30,185 nt of DNA from Phaeosaccion multiseriatum (GCA_965112735.1 CBCOSG010000005.1:1-30185), one strand, 5' to 3'; numbered from the stretch's first letter, positions 1 through 10,734 are shown. The notes: a model not told the origin generated them from the sequence alone. Numbers and translations: made by a program.

Positions 1-371
1 CGATTTTGATCTAAAAGATAATTCAAGAATTTATATGTATGGACTGAGAATGATTCCCCAAAAATGGTTTCAAGAGTTAATCTTTTATCTGAAGGTCTGA
101 CTAAAGGATGATTAAAAAAATTCATTACTATATTTTCATTACCCTCATTATTTTCTAAGTAACTTAAAAATAGTTGTAATTCTTTAATTGTCTTACCCAT
201 TAAAATAATCTTTGTGTTCTCTCTATTATCCCCTTTCGGAGCTTCACCAGTACCAGGACTTAGAAGCTCTAGACAACTAAAGTCTGCATCGCGATCAAGT
301 TCAAAAATAACAATATCTAACATATATTCAAAAAAGGCCTCAGCATAAGGTAAAGCAATTTTTCTACTCAT
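1..371 (-). CDS. atpD: ATP synthase CF1 delta subunit (5' part; runs off the window start; divergent, with insertion)
   Basis: Not in ORF track. Manual translation from ATG at 371: MSRKIALPYAEAFFEY...NFFNHPLV...KFLNYLLDQN. IA.PYAEA motif; ATGA overlap with the atpF stop; canonical atpI-H-G-F-D order. Confidence 0.88.
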   Translation of the reverse strand, partial: MSRKIALPYAEAFFEYMLDIVIFELDRDADFSCLELLSPGTGEAPKGDNRENTKIILMGKTIKELQLFLSYLENNEGNENIVMNFFNHPLVRPSDKRLTLETIFGESFSVHTYKFLNYLLDQN

Positions 372-928
372 AAAGTTTCTCCTTTGTCGGCTTTATATAT
401 ACAGAATGTAAGAAGGTTATCCAACGCTTTCTTCACACAGGCATCACTTTCCATAGTCTTTTTTAAATAAGATTGTAATTGTAAAGGGATTTTCTTAACA
501 ATTGCATTTTCTATTTTGTTATCTTCTTCATTTTTAAAAGATTCTTCTAAATTTTCACACTTTGTCTTCGTTACTAAAGAAATTTCTTGAAACTTTTTTA
601 TCCCTTTTTCACGACATTCTAAAAATTTTTCTAATTCTTTTTTCGAAGCTTCTTTTTTATTTTCAGCAATTAAAATTTTTACTTGCTTTGCTTTTTCTGT
701 TGCCTCAACTAAAGAATTGCGTGCATCTGTTAATCGTTTTTCTGCATTTTCGATCTTTTGGCAAACAACTGTAGCTCGATCATCAATCATTTGTTTAACT
801 GCTTTACCAGCTGTTGCCAATATCACAGGAACAAATATACCAATATTAATTATATTTGTTTCAAATAGATTAGTGTTAATACCAAAACCTTCATTTGATA
901 AAATAAAGAAAGTTACCCAATTTTGCAT
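368..928 (-). CDS. atpF: ATP synthase CF0 subunit b (I)
   Basis: FGINTNLFETNIINI motif, one TM then coiled coil; position in atp operon. Confidence 0.93.
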   Translation of the reverse strand: MQNWVTFFILSNEGFGINTNLFETNIINIGIFVPVILATAGKAVKQMIDDRATVVCQKIENAEKRLTDARNSLVEATEKAKQVKILIAENKKEASKKELEKFLECREKGIKKFQEISLVTKTKCENLEESFKNEEDNKIENAIVKKIPLQLQSYLKKTMESDACVKKALDNLLTFCIYKADKGETL

Positions 929-1095
929 ATTTACTTTTACCTTTACTAATTAAAAAATCATAGAAATAAGTTATTTAATTTGTCGTATCTCATCGACAGC
1001 ATTATATCGAAGGCTTTTAATACATTTAATACAGTGTTGATAAATATTAATATATTATTTTAAATTTAGAAAATAGCTACATACATATCATAATA

Positions 1096-1135
1096 AATTT
1101 TTAAGTAAAAAACCCAAATTTTTTACTTAAAAATT
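1096..1135. repeat. Perfect 17-bp inverted repeat (stem-loop) between atpG and atpF
   Basis: aatttttaagtaaaaaa-cccaaa-ttttttacttaaaaatt. Confidence 0.85.
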
Positions 1136-1158
1136 CTATTTTTATCCATATTAGATAA

Positions 1159-1635
1159 TTATTTCAAATAATTATCTAATATAGATCTAGCAGCTTGCTT
1201 ACTTGCTTCTGTTATATTTGGTTCTTCATCAATTAGTTTTTGTTCAAGTTTTTGTTCAAGCTCTTTAGTAAGTTTAACAATTACTAAAGAATTAGAATTT
1301 TCTAAATTTTTTATTTTTTCTTCCACAATACCTTGATAAAATTTATCAATAGTATCTCCAGTAATGTCAACCTGTTTTTTTGCTCTAATTCGTAAGTTAT
1401 CGTAACGCAGATGATGCTTTGTTGCTATCTCTAAAATATAAACAGCTTTCATTAAAGTTTTTCGGATATAGTCCTTACGGTCATCAAAAATAGTAAGTAA
1501 AGGGTTATATAAAATAGGTTGGAGAACAAATGTTAAAATCAGAAACTGTACTGCGATTAATATTAATGTACCGTCAAAATCAAATAATCCCCCAGTTTTT
1601 TCTGTTGTAAGAATTAAAAATGTGCTATTTATCAT
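1159..1635 (-). CDS. atpG: ATP synthase CF0 subunit b' (II)
   Basis: GGLFDFDGTL...AVQFLIL...ILYNPL motif. Confidence 0.93.
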   Translation of the reverse strand: MINSTFLILTTEKTGGLFDFDGTLILIAVQFLILTFVLQPILYNPLLTIFDDRKDYIRKTLMKAVYILEIATKHHLRYDNLRIRAKKQVDITGDTIDKFYQGIVEEKIKNLENSNSLVIVKLTKELEQKLEQKLIDEEPNITEASKQAARSILDNYLK

Positions 1636-1753
1636 GAGGATATTATTTATATTCTATAAATTTAAGTTTTATCTAAGAAAACCATCTTAATATTTTATTA
1701 GTTAAGAAAAAAACATAATAAAGTTTTCAATTTTAGAAATTTTTATATAGGTT

Positions 1754-2017
<264 letters not shown>

Positions 2018-2075
2018 TTATAATTGTAAAAAATTTAATTGACAGATTTCAAATGAATATTAAAAGATAGTGTTG

Positions 2076-2807
2076 TTATTCTAGAGCTTCCGCAATATAC
2101 GCCGCTGCTAGAGTCGAAAAAATTAAAGCTTGAATAGAACTTGCAAAAAGTCCTAAAGCCATAATAGGTAATGGAATAATTAAAGGAACAAGCATAGTTA
2201 ACACTGAAACTGTTAATTCATCGGCTAAAATATTTCCAAATAACCGGAAACTTAATGATAGAGGTTTTGTAAAATCTTCTAAAATATTAATAGGTAAAAG
2301 AATTGGCGTTGGTTGTAAATAACGACCAAAATAACCTAAACTTTTTTTCTTAATACCGGCGTAAAAGTAAGCTCCAGATGTTAATAATGATAATGCAACA
2401 GTAGTATTAATATCATTAGTGGGTGCTGCTAACTCGCCTTCTGGAAGTTCTATTAATTTCCAAGGCACTAAAGCACCAGACCAGTTACAACCAAGTACAA
2501 ATAAAAATAATGTTCCTACAAAAGGAAGCCATTCTTTGTAGTGACTATGCGGCAACTGACCCTCAGCAATCTCTAGAACAAATTCAACTATAAATTCCAT
2601 AAAGTTTTGTAGTCCTTTAGGAACAAGTTCGACATTTTTTGTTCCTAGTAATGAAAGTAGTAAAAGTATTAAAATAACAAACCAACTGACTAAAAGTACT
2701 TGCCCGTGAAATGTAATTCCTTGAATTTCCCAATAAAAATGTTTTCCGACTTCTACTCCAGATAAAAAAATAATTGAATTCAAGTCTAAGTTTTGTGTAA
2801 GATTCAT
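2076..2807 (-). CDS. atpI: ATP synthase CF0 subunit a (IV)
   Basis: [37 protein letters not shown]. Confidence 0.99.
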   Translation of the reverse strand: MNLTQNLDLNSIIFLSGVEVGKHFYWEIQGITFHGQVLLVSWFVILILLLLSLLGTKNVELVPKGLQNFMEFIVEFVLEIAEGQLPHSHYKEWLPFVGTLFLFVLGCNWSGALVPWKLIELPEGELAAPTNDINTTVALSLLTSGAYFYAGIKKKSLGYFGRYLQPTPILLPINILEDFTKPLSLSFRLFGNILADELTVSVLTMLVPLIIPLPIMALGLFASSIQALIFSTLAAAYIAEALE

Positions 2808-2943
2808 GGTTAGATTTAATTAGATATTGAAATGGTACCTCATGCGAAAATATGCATATAGATATATTTAGTATAAATCATTTTGATATTTATGCATAGG
2901 GTTATAAATACTATAGTATTTTTTTAGTAGTACTAAAAAATAA

Positions 2944-3276
2944 TCAATCCCAACCTTTTTTACTTTGACCTAAAACATAATTTGCAACATCTTCAATATC
3001 TGTATCAGCTAATCGTCCACCAAAAGCCGGCATAGCATTTTTACCGTTTGTTACTTGATATGTAATAGCATTAACACTATCCATACCATTTGTTTCTAAA
3101 GCTTCTTTTTTTAATGTTTTCTCAGGCATGATTACATTATTTCCACCAGCATGGCAAGCAGCACAATTTGCTGTAAAAATACGTTCACCATTCTCAACGT
3201 CAGCTGCATGACTTTGGGTAGAAAAAACATTTAATGCGAATAAACAAATAAGCAAACTTGAAATATATTTTTTCAT
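2944..3276 (-). CDS. petJ: Cytochrome c6
   Basis: Signal peptide, CAACH heme motif, [12 protein letters not shown]. Confidence 0.98.
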   Translation of the reverse strand: MKKYISSLLICLFALNVFSTQSHAADVENGERIFTANCAACHAGGNNVIMPEKTLKKEALETNGMDSVNAITYQVTNGKNAMPAFGGRLADTDIEDVANYVLGQSKKGWD

Positions 3277-3378
3277 TACAAACTCAACTATGGTTAATTA
3301 TAAATGGACTCTAAAATTTTGACTCTAATTAAGAATCTAGCAGATATTTTAATTTTTAAAATTCTTTAATTCTATTAT

Positions 3379-3870
3379 TTAATAATAAATTTTACCACCA
3401 CCCCATTTTTCTGAAGCAATTTTAGGTTGTAATAAAATATGTCCTGCAATAGCTTCTAAATCTTCTTCACTTAAAGAACGCATTTTTGGAAAAATATCAG
3501 CACTCTTAATACTAGGATGAATTTCAGCAATAGATTCTAAACCATCATAAGTAGTAGGATTTTTCATATAATCTACTAAAGATTCTATGTTATTACGAGC
3601 GGGTGTCGCTAGACTTAAAGCTTCAGGATCTAAACCTACGTTGGGGTTCGTTTTTGTAATACCACCAGTATGACAGATACCACAACTTGCATTAAATAAA
3701 CGTTTACCACGTTTCACTTGTTCTTGGCTTAAAACTAAAGTTTTTCCTTTAGAATCTACTGATACTGTTCTACTAGCTTCATCTAATTCGATTGCAACTG
3801 CATTAAAATTAAAGACTCCGATAGTAAAAAAACAAAAAGACACAAGAAAGTAAAATACTTTTTTTAACAT
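3379..3870 (-). CDS. psbV: Photosystem II cytochrome c550
   Basis: CGICH, GGITKTNPNVGL, KWGGGKIYY C-terminus. Confidence 0.99.
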   Translation of the reverse strand: MLKKVFYFLVSFCFFTIGVFNFNAVAIELDEASRTVSVDSKGKTLVLSQEQVKRGKRLFNASCGICHTGGITKTNPNVGLDPEALSLATPARNNIESLVDYMKNPTTYDGLESIAEIHPSIKSADIFPKMRSLSEEDLEAIAGHILLQPKIASEKWGGGKIYY

Positions 3871-3944
3871 AATTTTTTTAACATAATTTTTTTATAAAGA
3901 GGAAACCAAGAAGATAAAGAATTTTACTTAGTTTAATTTTTTAA

Positions 3945-4253
3945 CTATTCTTTTTTTGTTTTTTTCAATTGTTCTTTAATCTTTTTACCTAATAAACCAC
4001 GTAAACGTATATTCTCCCATCCTGCTGCTAAACTAAGACTTATAATTAGGACTTGACTAAATAATAATATAGGATCTAATCTCCACCCATGAATAATAAG
4101 AATACAGCTATAAATTAACCCTATAGTTGTAAAAAAAATATCTTCATCTCGCGATAATTCTGGTCTAATAATACGTATTAAATAAAGGAGCGTAACACCA
4201 ATAACCAAAATACACCCTAATAATAAATTTGTGCCGAAACTTATATTAACCAT
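3945..4253 (-). CDS. ycf66: Ycf66 membrane protein
   Basis: RPELSRDEDIFF...HGWRLDPILLFSQ...WENIRLRG. Confidence 0.95.
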   Translation of the reverse strand: MVNISFGTNLLLGCILVIGVTLLYLIRIIRPELSRDEDIFFTTIGLIYSCILIIHGWRLDPILLFSQVLIISLSLAAGWENIRLRGLLGKKIKEQLKKTKKE

Positions 4254-4274
4254 AACCTTAAGTATTTTTTATTT

Positions 4275-4403
4275 CTACACTTCAGGCCCACGGACTAATT
4301 TATCTTTTGTAGCTACAAAAGATAATGCTAATGTAATTGGAACAATAACTACAAGTGTTCCAGCTACTAAACTAAATAAAAAGCTTGATAAAGATGGTGT
4401 CAT
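4275..4403 (-). CDS. psbX: Photosystem II protein X
   Basis: Manual translation [42 protein letters not shown] (42 aa). Confidence 0.92.
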   Translation of the reverse strand: MTPSLSSFLFSLVAGTLVVIVPITLALSFVATKDKLVRGPEV

Positions 4404-4549
4404 AATTTTATTTAAAGAATAAAACTGGAATTAATATTTATAATTATTTAAGATAAATTTTAAAGAAGACTTGGGATACTACAGTAATATTATAATACAA
4501 ATAATAAAAATTTTTTTTTTTATTAATAACGAAAATTTTAAGCTAGATA

Positions 4550-6298
4550 TTAGAGATTGTAAAATCTTAAATGCTCCGTATCAAATCTTAATTTTGCAAC
4601 ACCGACTGGACCATTTCTATGCTTTGCAATAATAATTTCTATAATATTTTTTTCAAGAGTTTGAGGATAATAATACTCGTCTCGGTATAACATCATAACT
4701 ATATCAGCATCTTGTTCTATAGAATTATGAATTAAAATTTTATTAACAATATAATTTGCTAAACTATAAACTTTTAAATCATATAAATAGTTTAATTTAG
4801 AATATAATAACATATTTACACTAACCCATGTAAAAGAGATTAATGTATAAAAACTTTCAGGAAGACTGAGTTTTAAAAAAATTTTATCTTTTCGAGTTAA
4901 TTGATCAACTCTTTTCCAACCTGTATTTGTTAAAATTTTATGATTACTACTTATTTTTAATTTCCATGTTAAATTTGTCTGAAGACGGTAAATTGGTTTA
5001 TACCCAGTATGTTTAATTTTATTAATAACTGTAGGAATAATTTCTTTTCCATTCCACCCTAACACCATAATATTTTTTCTTTTTACCCAGAAATTTTTTT
5101 TTCTTTGTAAATAATTTTGTAAAATCAAACTAAAGCAACCACTTTCTCTTAAATCTGAAAGCAATGGACGTTTATTGATCCGACTTTCTACACCTCGACT
5201 TAATTGGGATAAAGCTAATATGGGTACATTTAAATCCCGGGCTAATTTTTTTAAAATCCTAGTAATCTGTGATAATTCTTGAGCACGGGTTTCATTCCGT
5301 TGTCCTGTTTCAAGCAATTGTAAATAATCAATAATAATTAACCCTAAATTTTTTGTATATTCTTGTTGTAATTGCTTCACTTTAAGAGATAATTCATAGA
5401 CTAATGTATTTGGTGTATCTTCAATATAAATAGATAACTTAGATAATTCTTTTATTATTAAATTTATTTTAACCCACTCATTTTTTGATAAGCGACCAGA
5501 TCGTAGTCTTAAATTATTAATTCCAACTTCATTAGCTAATAAACGGTAAATGAGTTGTTCTTTACTCATTTCTAAACTAAAAAAAACTATATCAGTATTA
5601 AATTTTTTAGCCATATTTTTTGCCAAGCTTAAAGCAAAAGCTGTTTTTCCCATCGAAGGTCGGCCAGCTAAAATTATCATATCAGATTTTTGAAATCCTT
5701 GAATTAAACTATCTAATTGTTCAAATCCTGATGTAAGTCCTGGGTATTTTTTTAATTTTAATTTATATTTAATTTCCACTAAAATTTCATTTAAACCTTG
5801 AGATAACGTAATAAAATTATTACGTTGTTTTTTTTGAGCAATACTGGACAATTTCTGTTCAATAACCAAAAGACTATTGTTAAGTGGGGTACTTGTTAAA
5901 AATCCTAAATCAATAATTTCATATCCTAATTCAATTAATAATCTTCGTAAATATTTTTCATAAACTAAAGAAATATAGTCTTCTAGATAACTAATACTTA
6001 TAACTTGATTAACAAAATCCGCAATAATGGATAAATCCTCTATACAATTTACGAGGCCTTCATCTTGTAAACATGTCACTAGAGTAACATAGTCAATAAT
6101 TTTATCTTTACCATATAAAGATAATGCTGTTTTATAAATAATTTGATGTGATATAATATAGAAAGCCTCTACTGGCAGATATTGACTAACCACTGATATA
6201 GAAGTAGAATTTATTAATATACTACCTAAAATTATTTTTTCGGCAAGAATGCTGTAGGGAAGTGCTTTTTTAGAGGAATCTAGTTCAGACCTGTTCAT
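4550..6298 (-). CDS. dnaB: Replicative DNA helicase DnaB containing an intein
   Basis: ILAGRPSMGKT Walker A, IIIDYLQL, LSQLSRGVESR, LSDLRESG//SIEQDAD, AKHRNGP. Confidence 0.98.
   Translation of the reverse strand: MNRSELDSSKKALPYSILAEKIILGSILINSTSISVVSQYLPVEAFYIISHQIIYKTALSLYGKDKIIDYVTLVTCLQDEGLVNCIEDLSIIADFVNQVISISYLEDYISLVYEKYLRRLLIELGYEIIDLGFLTSTPLNNSLLVIEQKLSSIAQKKQRNNFITLSQGLNEILVEIKYKLKLKKYPGLTSGFEQLDSLIQGFQKSDMIILAGRPSMGKTAFALSLAKNMAKKFNTDIVFFSLEMSKEQLIYRLLANEVGINNLRLRSGRLSKNEWVKINLIIKELSKLSIYIEDTPNTLVYELSLKVKQLQQEYTKNLGLIIIDYLQLLETGQRNETRAQELSQITRILKKLARDLNVPILALSQLSRGVESRINKRPLLSDLRESGCFSLILQNYLQRKKNFWVKRKNIMVLGWNGKEIIPTVINKIKHTGYKPIYRLQTNLTWKLKISSNHKILTNTGWKRVDQLTRKDKIFLKLSLPESFYTLISFTWVSVNMLLYSKLNYLYDLKVYSLANYIVNKILIHNSIEQDADIVMMLYRDEYYYPQTLEKNIIEIIIAKHRNGPVGVAKLRFDTEHLRFYNL
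4724..5137 (-). mobile_element. DnaB mini-intein (138 aa, no homing endonuclease)
   Basis: In-frame insert between LRESG and SIEQDAD; starts with Cys, block B SSNHKILT, block F LYDLKV, ends HN followed by +1 Ser. Confidence 0.95.
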
Positions 6299-6308
6299 TA
6301 ATTATATC

Positions 6309-6758
6309 TTACTTAGAAAGAACTTCTAATTTAATTTGGGCTGTAACTTTTGGGTGTAAAACAATATTTACTGGGTAAGTACCTAATTGTTTTATTGTAA
6401 TAGGTAAAACTTTAAGAATATCTGGTATATCGCATTTTTCTTTTATGGCACCGATAATATGTTTATTAGTTACAGTACCAAAAATTTTATCACTTTTTCC
6501 CGAAGCTTTTTTTATTGAAAATTTTCCAAAATTCTCTATAATTTTTTTATGCGTAAGCGCTACTTCAAAATTTTTTAATTCTTTTTGCTTTAAATTTTCT
6601 ATTCCAGTTGTTAATACTTTTAAGTTTGCTAATTTATTCGGGATTAGATAGTTTCTAACATACCCTGAATTGACTTTCAGGAGTTTCTCTGTTTGACCAA
6701 GTTTTTGAATATTTTGTAATAATATTATTTCTGTAAATTTTTTTGTTTTTTTTGTCAT
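6309..6758 (-). CDS. rpl9: 50S ribosomal protein L9
   Basis: LLKVNSGYVRNYLIP, KIFGTVT, IKQLGTY; adjacent to dnaB. Confidence 0.93.
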   Translation of the reverse strand: MTKKTKKFTEIILLQNIQKLGQTEKLLKVNSGYVRNYLIPNKLANLKVLTTGIENLKQKELKNFEVALTHKKIIENFGKFSIKKASGKSDKIFGTVTNKHIIGAIKEKCDIPDILKVLPITIKQLGTYPVNIVLHPKVTAQIKLEVLSK

Positions 6759-6933
6759 TCGAAATTAATTCTAAGAGTATTTATTAATACTATGGATAAA
6801 TATACATAGCTAAAGTATACTTTAAATCAATTTACTCAGGAATGTCAAATATTAATTTAATTAAAAAAATTCGAAATTTAATTTTCTTTATTTTTAGGTT
6901 TTAGAAAATATACATGTAATATAATATTGTTGT

Positions 6934-6956
6934 TATATATATATATATATATATAT
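6934..6956. repeat. (TA)n microsatellite
   Basis: About 11 TA units in the rpl9-psb28 spacer. Confidence 0.8.
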
Positions 6957-7005
6957 TATTCTAAATAGAAAAAATTTAATTAGTAATAAGGAATAGAAAA
7001 AATTT

Positions 7006-7359
7006 ATGATCGCAAATATTCAATTTATCGAAGGTATAAATGAATTAGTTATCCCTGAAATTAAACTAACACGTTCACGAGATGGGAGTACTGGAACAGC
7101 CACTTTTATTTTTGAAAATCCGAATATATTTAAGAAAAACACAACAAAAGAGGGTGAAATCGATGGGATGTATTTAGTTGATAAAGAAGGAATGATCAAA
7201 ACAACTGATGTTCAAGTTAAATTTATTAATGGAAGACCTACTTCATTAGAAGCGGTCTATATTATGAAAAGTCCTTCAAGTTGGGATAGATTTATAAGGT
7301 TTATGGAGAAATATAGTAAAGAGAATGAATTAACATTTGTACAACCTTTTAAAATTTAA
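7006..7359 (+). CDS. psb28: Photosystem II assembly protein Psb28 (Ycf79)
   Basis: [29 protein letters not shown]...[11 protein letters not shown]. Confidence 0.96.
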   Translation: MIANIQFIEGINELVIPEIKLTRSRDGSTGTATFIFENPNIFKKNTTKEGEIDGMYLVDKEGMIKTTDVQVKFINGRPTSLEAVYIMKSPSSWDRFIRFMEKYSKENELTFVQPFKI

Positions 7360-7404
7360 ACTTTACTAAAAGTATTTAAGATAATTATTTATATTTACTA
7401 AATT

Positions 7405-9549
7405 ATGTATGTTTCCTTAAATTGGTTAAAAACCTTGATTAACATTAAGCAACTAACCTTACCTAACCTTTGCAATAGATTAACATTAGCTGGGTTTGAA
7501 ATTGATAGTATAACTAAGAAAAAATTGCTTGATACTAATGACTATAGTTTAGATATTAGTATTACAGCAAATCGAGGAGATATGTTTAGTGTTTATGGAA
7601 TCGCCAAAGAGATTAGACTATTATTCCAAACTGAACAAACCCAAATAATTTCTTCGTTTAGTCTTTGGCACTACTTTATTCAAAAAAATTATTTTATAAC
7701 GTGTAGTTCACAAAATTTTTCTAAAAATAAGTTTTCAGGCTGTTCATTTTTCGGTTTATTAAATGGTATAACTACTAAACCTCTGGTATCCGCAAAATGG
7801 GTACAAAAACGTTTACTCACTGCTAATATATTTCCAACAAGTAGTATTATAGATATTACTAATGTAGTTTTATTAGAAACTGGCTATTTATTTACTGTTT
7901 ATGACAAAAAAAAATTACAGAATGTAGTTAAAAATAAAGAACTCTTTTTTACAGTACAATGGTCGCGATCCCAGGTCTCATTTGATAATGTAAATAATGA
8001 AAAAATAAATTTAACAAAAAAAAATTTATTAGTTTTAGTAAATAAAATTCCAATTAAAGTTATTGGGTTAAACCAAATTTATAGTTCATTACCAGACCAA
8101 TCAACTAAAGAAATTATTATTGAATGTAGTTTATTTAATCCGATCCAAATCCGTAAATCTACAAATAGTTTAGGATTTCGAACAGAAAGTTCACAGCGTT
8201 TAGAAAAAGATTTAACTTTGGTTGGGTTAGAGCGGGCCCTAATTCGATTAATTTATTTATTTTCTTCTCAGGGTATAAAATGTAATCCTGAGTTTCAAAC
8301 TTCTTTAGTACATTTAAATTTGCATTCTTCATATAAAAATAAATTTTATATTCAACAGCAGAATAAAATAATCAAATTAAAATACAAAAGTATAAATCAA
8401 ATTTTAGGCGAGATTAATAATACAAGTAAAATAACAAAAAAAACAATTTTTACAAGTCTAATTAATCTTAATTTTAAAATTTTGAAAAAGTCCCTGTCTA
8501 ACTGCTATATACTTATTCCTTTCTCACGTTATAATGATATAAACCAAGAAATCGATCTATTAGAAGAAATTGGTAGAAAAATTGGTTTTAATAAATTTAT
8601 TTCAATTCTTCCACTTTCAAACTCCCCTGGTCAATTTTCTCAATTAGAAAAATTAAAACGCAGGTTTAGGGGATATTTATTAAACATAGGGTTAAATGAA
8701 TTATTTCAATATACATTATGTAACAAACATATTAATTTCCAACCAACATTACAAAATCCTATTTTACGTGAAAGTAATGCTTTACGTTCTACGTTATTAG
8801 ATGGATTATTAAACCGCTTACAGTTTAACTTTTTTTCTAGAAAAAGTGTATTAGAAGGATTTGAGATAGGACGTACCTATTCCTATAGTCTTAAAAAAGA
8901 TATAATAGAAAAAGAAATTCTTAGTGGAATTTTCGGAGGGCAAAGTTATAAGTCAAATTGGAATACTTTAGGAAAGGATTTAAATTGGTTTGAAGCCAAA
9001 GGATTATTTGAAGAAATTTTTTGTAAACTTAATTTAAAAATTTATTGGGTATTAGACAAATCTAATTTATCACAAGTTTTCGACCCAGGAAAATTGGGAC
9101 ATTTATTTATTGAAAAAACATATATCGGGCTATTCGGACAGATCCACCCAATCTTAGCAAACAAAAAAAATTTAACAAATAAAATTTTTTTATTTGAGTT
9201 AAACCTAGAAATAATTGAACAATTTTGGCAACCACAAAAATTATTTTCATATAATTTCTATTCTATTTATCCTAGTTCTTCTATTGATTTATCAATTATT
9301 CTAAGCAAACAAATTTCTTTTAAAAGAATTCAAAATTTTATTTATGGCTTAAATCAACCTTTATTAAAAAAAATTTACCTATTTGATTTTTATTCAGGTT
9401 CCCCAATTCCAAAAGGTTATCAAAGTTTTGGTTTTAAATTAAAATTTCAATCCCAAAATCGAACATTAACAAATTATGAAATTGATAAAGAAATTCAATT
9501 TATTAAACAAAAATTAAAAAAAGAGTTTATTCTTATTTTTCGTTATTAA
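7405..9549 (+). CDS. syfB: Phenylalanyl-tRNA synthetase beta subunit
   Basis: MYVSLNWL, LTLAGFE, ITANRGD, RTESSQRLEK, DLLEEIGR, LFDFYSG, RTLT anticodon-binding domain. Confidence 0.95.
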   Translation: MYVSLNWLKTLINIKQLTLPNLCNRLTLAGFEIDSITKKKLLDTNDYSLDISITANRGDMFSVYGIAKEIRLLFQTEQTQIISSFSLWHYFIQKNYFITCSSQNFSKNKFSGCSFFGLLNGITTKPLVSAKWVQKRLLTANIFPTSSIIDITNVVLLETGYLFTVYDKKKLQNVVKNKELFFTVQWSRSQVSFDNVNNEKINLTKKNLLVLVNKIPIKVIGLNQIYSSLPDQSTKEIIIECSLFNPIQIRKSTNSLGFRTESSQRLEKDLTLVGLERALIRLIYLFSSQGIKCNPEFQTSLVHLNLHSSYKNKFYIQQQNKIIKLKYKSINQILGEINNTSKITKKTIFTSLINLNFKILKKSLSNCYILIPFSRYNDINQEIDLLEEIGRKIGFNKFISILPLSNSPGQFSQLEKLKRRFRGYLLNIGLNELFQYTLCNKHINFQPTLQNPILRESNALRSTLLDGLLNRLQFNFFSRKSVLEGFEIGRTYSYSLKKDIIEKEILSGIFGGQSYKSNWNTLGKDLNWFEAKGLFEEIFCKLNLKIYWVLDKSNLSQVFDPGKLGHLFIEKTYIGLFGQIHPILANKKNLTNKIFLFELNLEIIEQFWQPQKLFSYNFYSIYPSSSIDLSIILSKQISFKRIQNFIYGLNQPLLKKIYLFDFYSGSPIPKGYQSFGFKLKFQSQNRTLTNYEIDKEIQFIKQKLKKEFILIFRY

Positions 9550-9569
9550 TCGTTATTAAAAAAGTTGTT

Positions 9570-10361
9570 ATGAATTACATTGATAAATATCGTCCAGACT
9601 ATGGCTCATCGCAATTTATTGAAATTTTAAAAAAATATAAATATAATCCTAAAATTGGTGATATTTTAATAGGTATAGTAATGGGTTTTGAACAAAAGCA
9701 TATTATCTTAGATATTGGTCTACCTAAAATGGCTTTATTACCCTACACAGAAGTTAATATTAAAAAAGTACCACATCCAGAGCAACTTTTAAAACTTAAC
9801 GATCTTATTGAAGTAACTATTATAGTTTTTCAAACAAAACAATTCCTTGTGTCTTTAAAAAAAACTCATTATCTCTATTTATGGGAACGAATTAAACAAA
9901 TGGACTATGCTAGAAGCTCTATCTATGGAAAAAATGTAGAGTCAACGAGATATGGAAAAATTTTAGATTTTGAAGGGCTAAACGTGTTTGTTCCAAACTC
10001 CCACTTACCAAGATACTATAGAAAAAAAGTTTATAAAAAAGAATTTTTACCTATAAAATTCATATATGTAAATACCAGAATAGAAAAATTATTGGTTAGT
10101 TCAAGACTAGCTATATTACAAAAACAGAATTATCTATTAAACGTAGGGATGGTAAAAATAGGCTGTGTGAGTAAAGTTGTTTCTTTTGGTTTATTTATAA
10201 ATATTCATGGGATAAAATGTTTATTACATATTTCTGAAATTTCTAATAAACGAATAGTAAATATAAAAGATTCATATAGAAGAGGAATTCATATTAAAGT
10301 AAAAATTATTTATTATAGTATTTCTCAAGGACGTGTAGCTCTTTCTAGTAAAAGACTTTAA
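9570..10361 (+). CDS. rps1: 30S ribosomal protein S1
   Basis: S1 domains (IGDILIG, FVPNSHLP, FGLFINI..LLHISEIS, RVALS). Confidence 0.92.
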   Translation: MNYIDKYRPDYGSSQFIEILKKYKYNPKIGDILIGIVMGFEQKHIILDIGLPKMALLPYTEVNIKKVPHPEQLLKLNDLIEVTIIVFQTKQFLVSLKKTHYLYLWERIKQMDYARSSIYGKNVESTRYGKILDFEGLNVFVPNSHLPRYYRKKVYKKEFLPIKFIYVNTRIEKLLVSSRLAILQKQNYLLNVGMVKIGCVSKVVSFGLFINIHGIKCLLHISEISNKRIVNIKDSYRRGIHIKVKIIYYSISQGRVALSSKRL

Positions 10362-10585
10362 CCTCCACCTACAATTGTAATAACTTCGATTTCATCATTA
10401 TTCCTTATAGGAGTTATTGACCATTTATTATAAGTACAAAGTTGTTTATTGTGTTCAATTACAATTAAATTTTTATTATAATTAAATAATTTAATAACTT
10501 CTAATATCGTGATTGGATAAACACTAGATATAGAATAAATTTCGTCGTTTAAAGCAAAGAAGGTTAATAAATTTTTTGTAAGCAT
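10358..10585 (-). CDS. thiS: Thiamine biosynthesis sulfur carrier ThiS (Ycf40)
   Basis: IVIEHN...DEIEVITIVGGG C-terminus; stop overlaps the rps1 stop (TTAA). Confidence 0.95.
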   Translation of the reverse strand: MLTKNLLTFFALNDEIYSISSVYPITILEVIKLFNYNKNLIVIEHNKQLCTYNKWSITPIRNNDEIEVITIVGGG

Positions 10586-10660
10586 TAGTAATTGTATTAT
10601 ATTATTATTTGTTCCAATATATTATACTCTTCTTAGTAGAGTACATAATATTCTACGTAA

Positions 10661-10734
10661 GGCGAATGTAGCCAAGTGGTTAAGGCATTGGGTTGTGATT
10701 CCAACATTCGCGGGTTCAAGTCCCGTCTTTCGCC
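10661..10734 (+). tRNA. trnH: tRNA-His(GUG)
   Basis: G-1, D arm GCCAAGTGGTTAAGGC, anticodon arm TTGGG-TT-GTG-AT-TCCAA, T arm GCGGG-TTCAAGT-CCCGT. Confidence 0.96.

Noticed and set aside
562-953. Plus-strand ORFs 562-774 and 717-953
   Set aside because: Antisense shadows of atpF with no recognisable motifs.
4231-4422. 63-aa plus-strand ORF
   Set aside because: Antisense to psbX and the ycf66 start.
6445-6651. 68-aa plus-strand ORF
   Set aside because: Antisense to rpl9.
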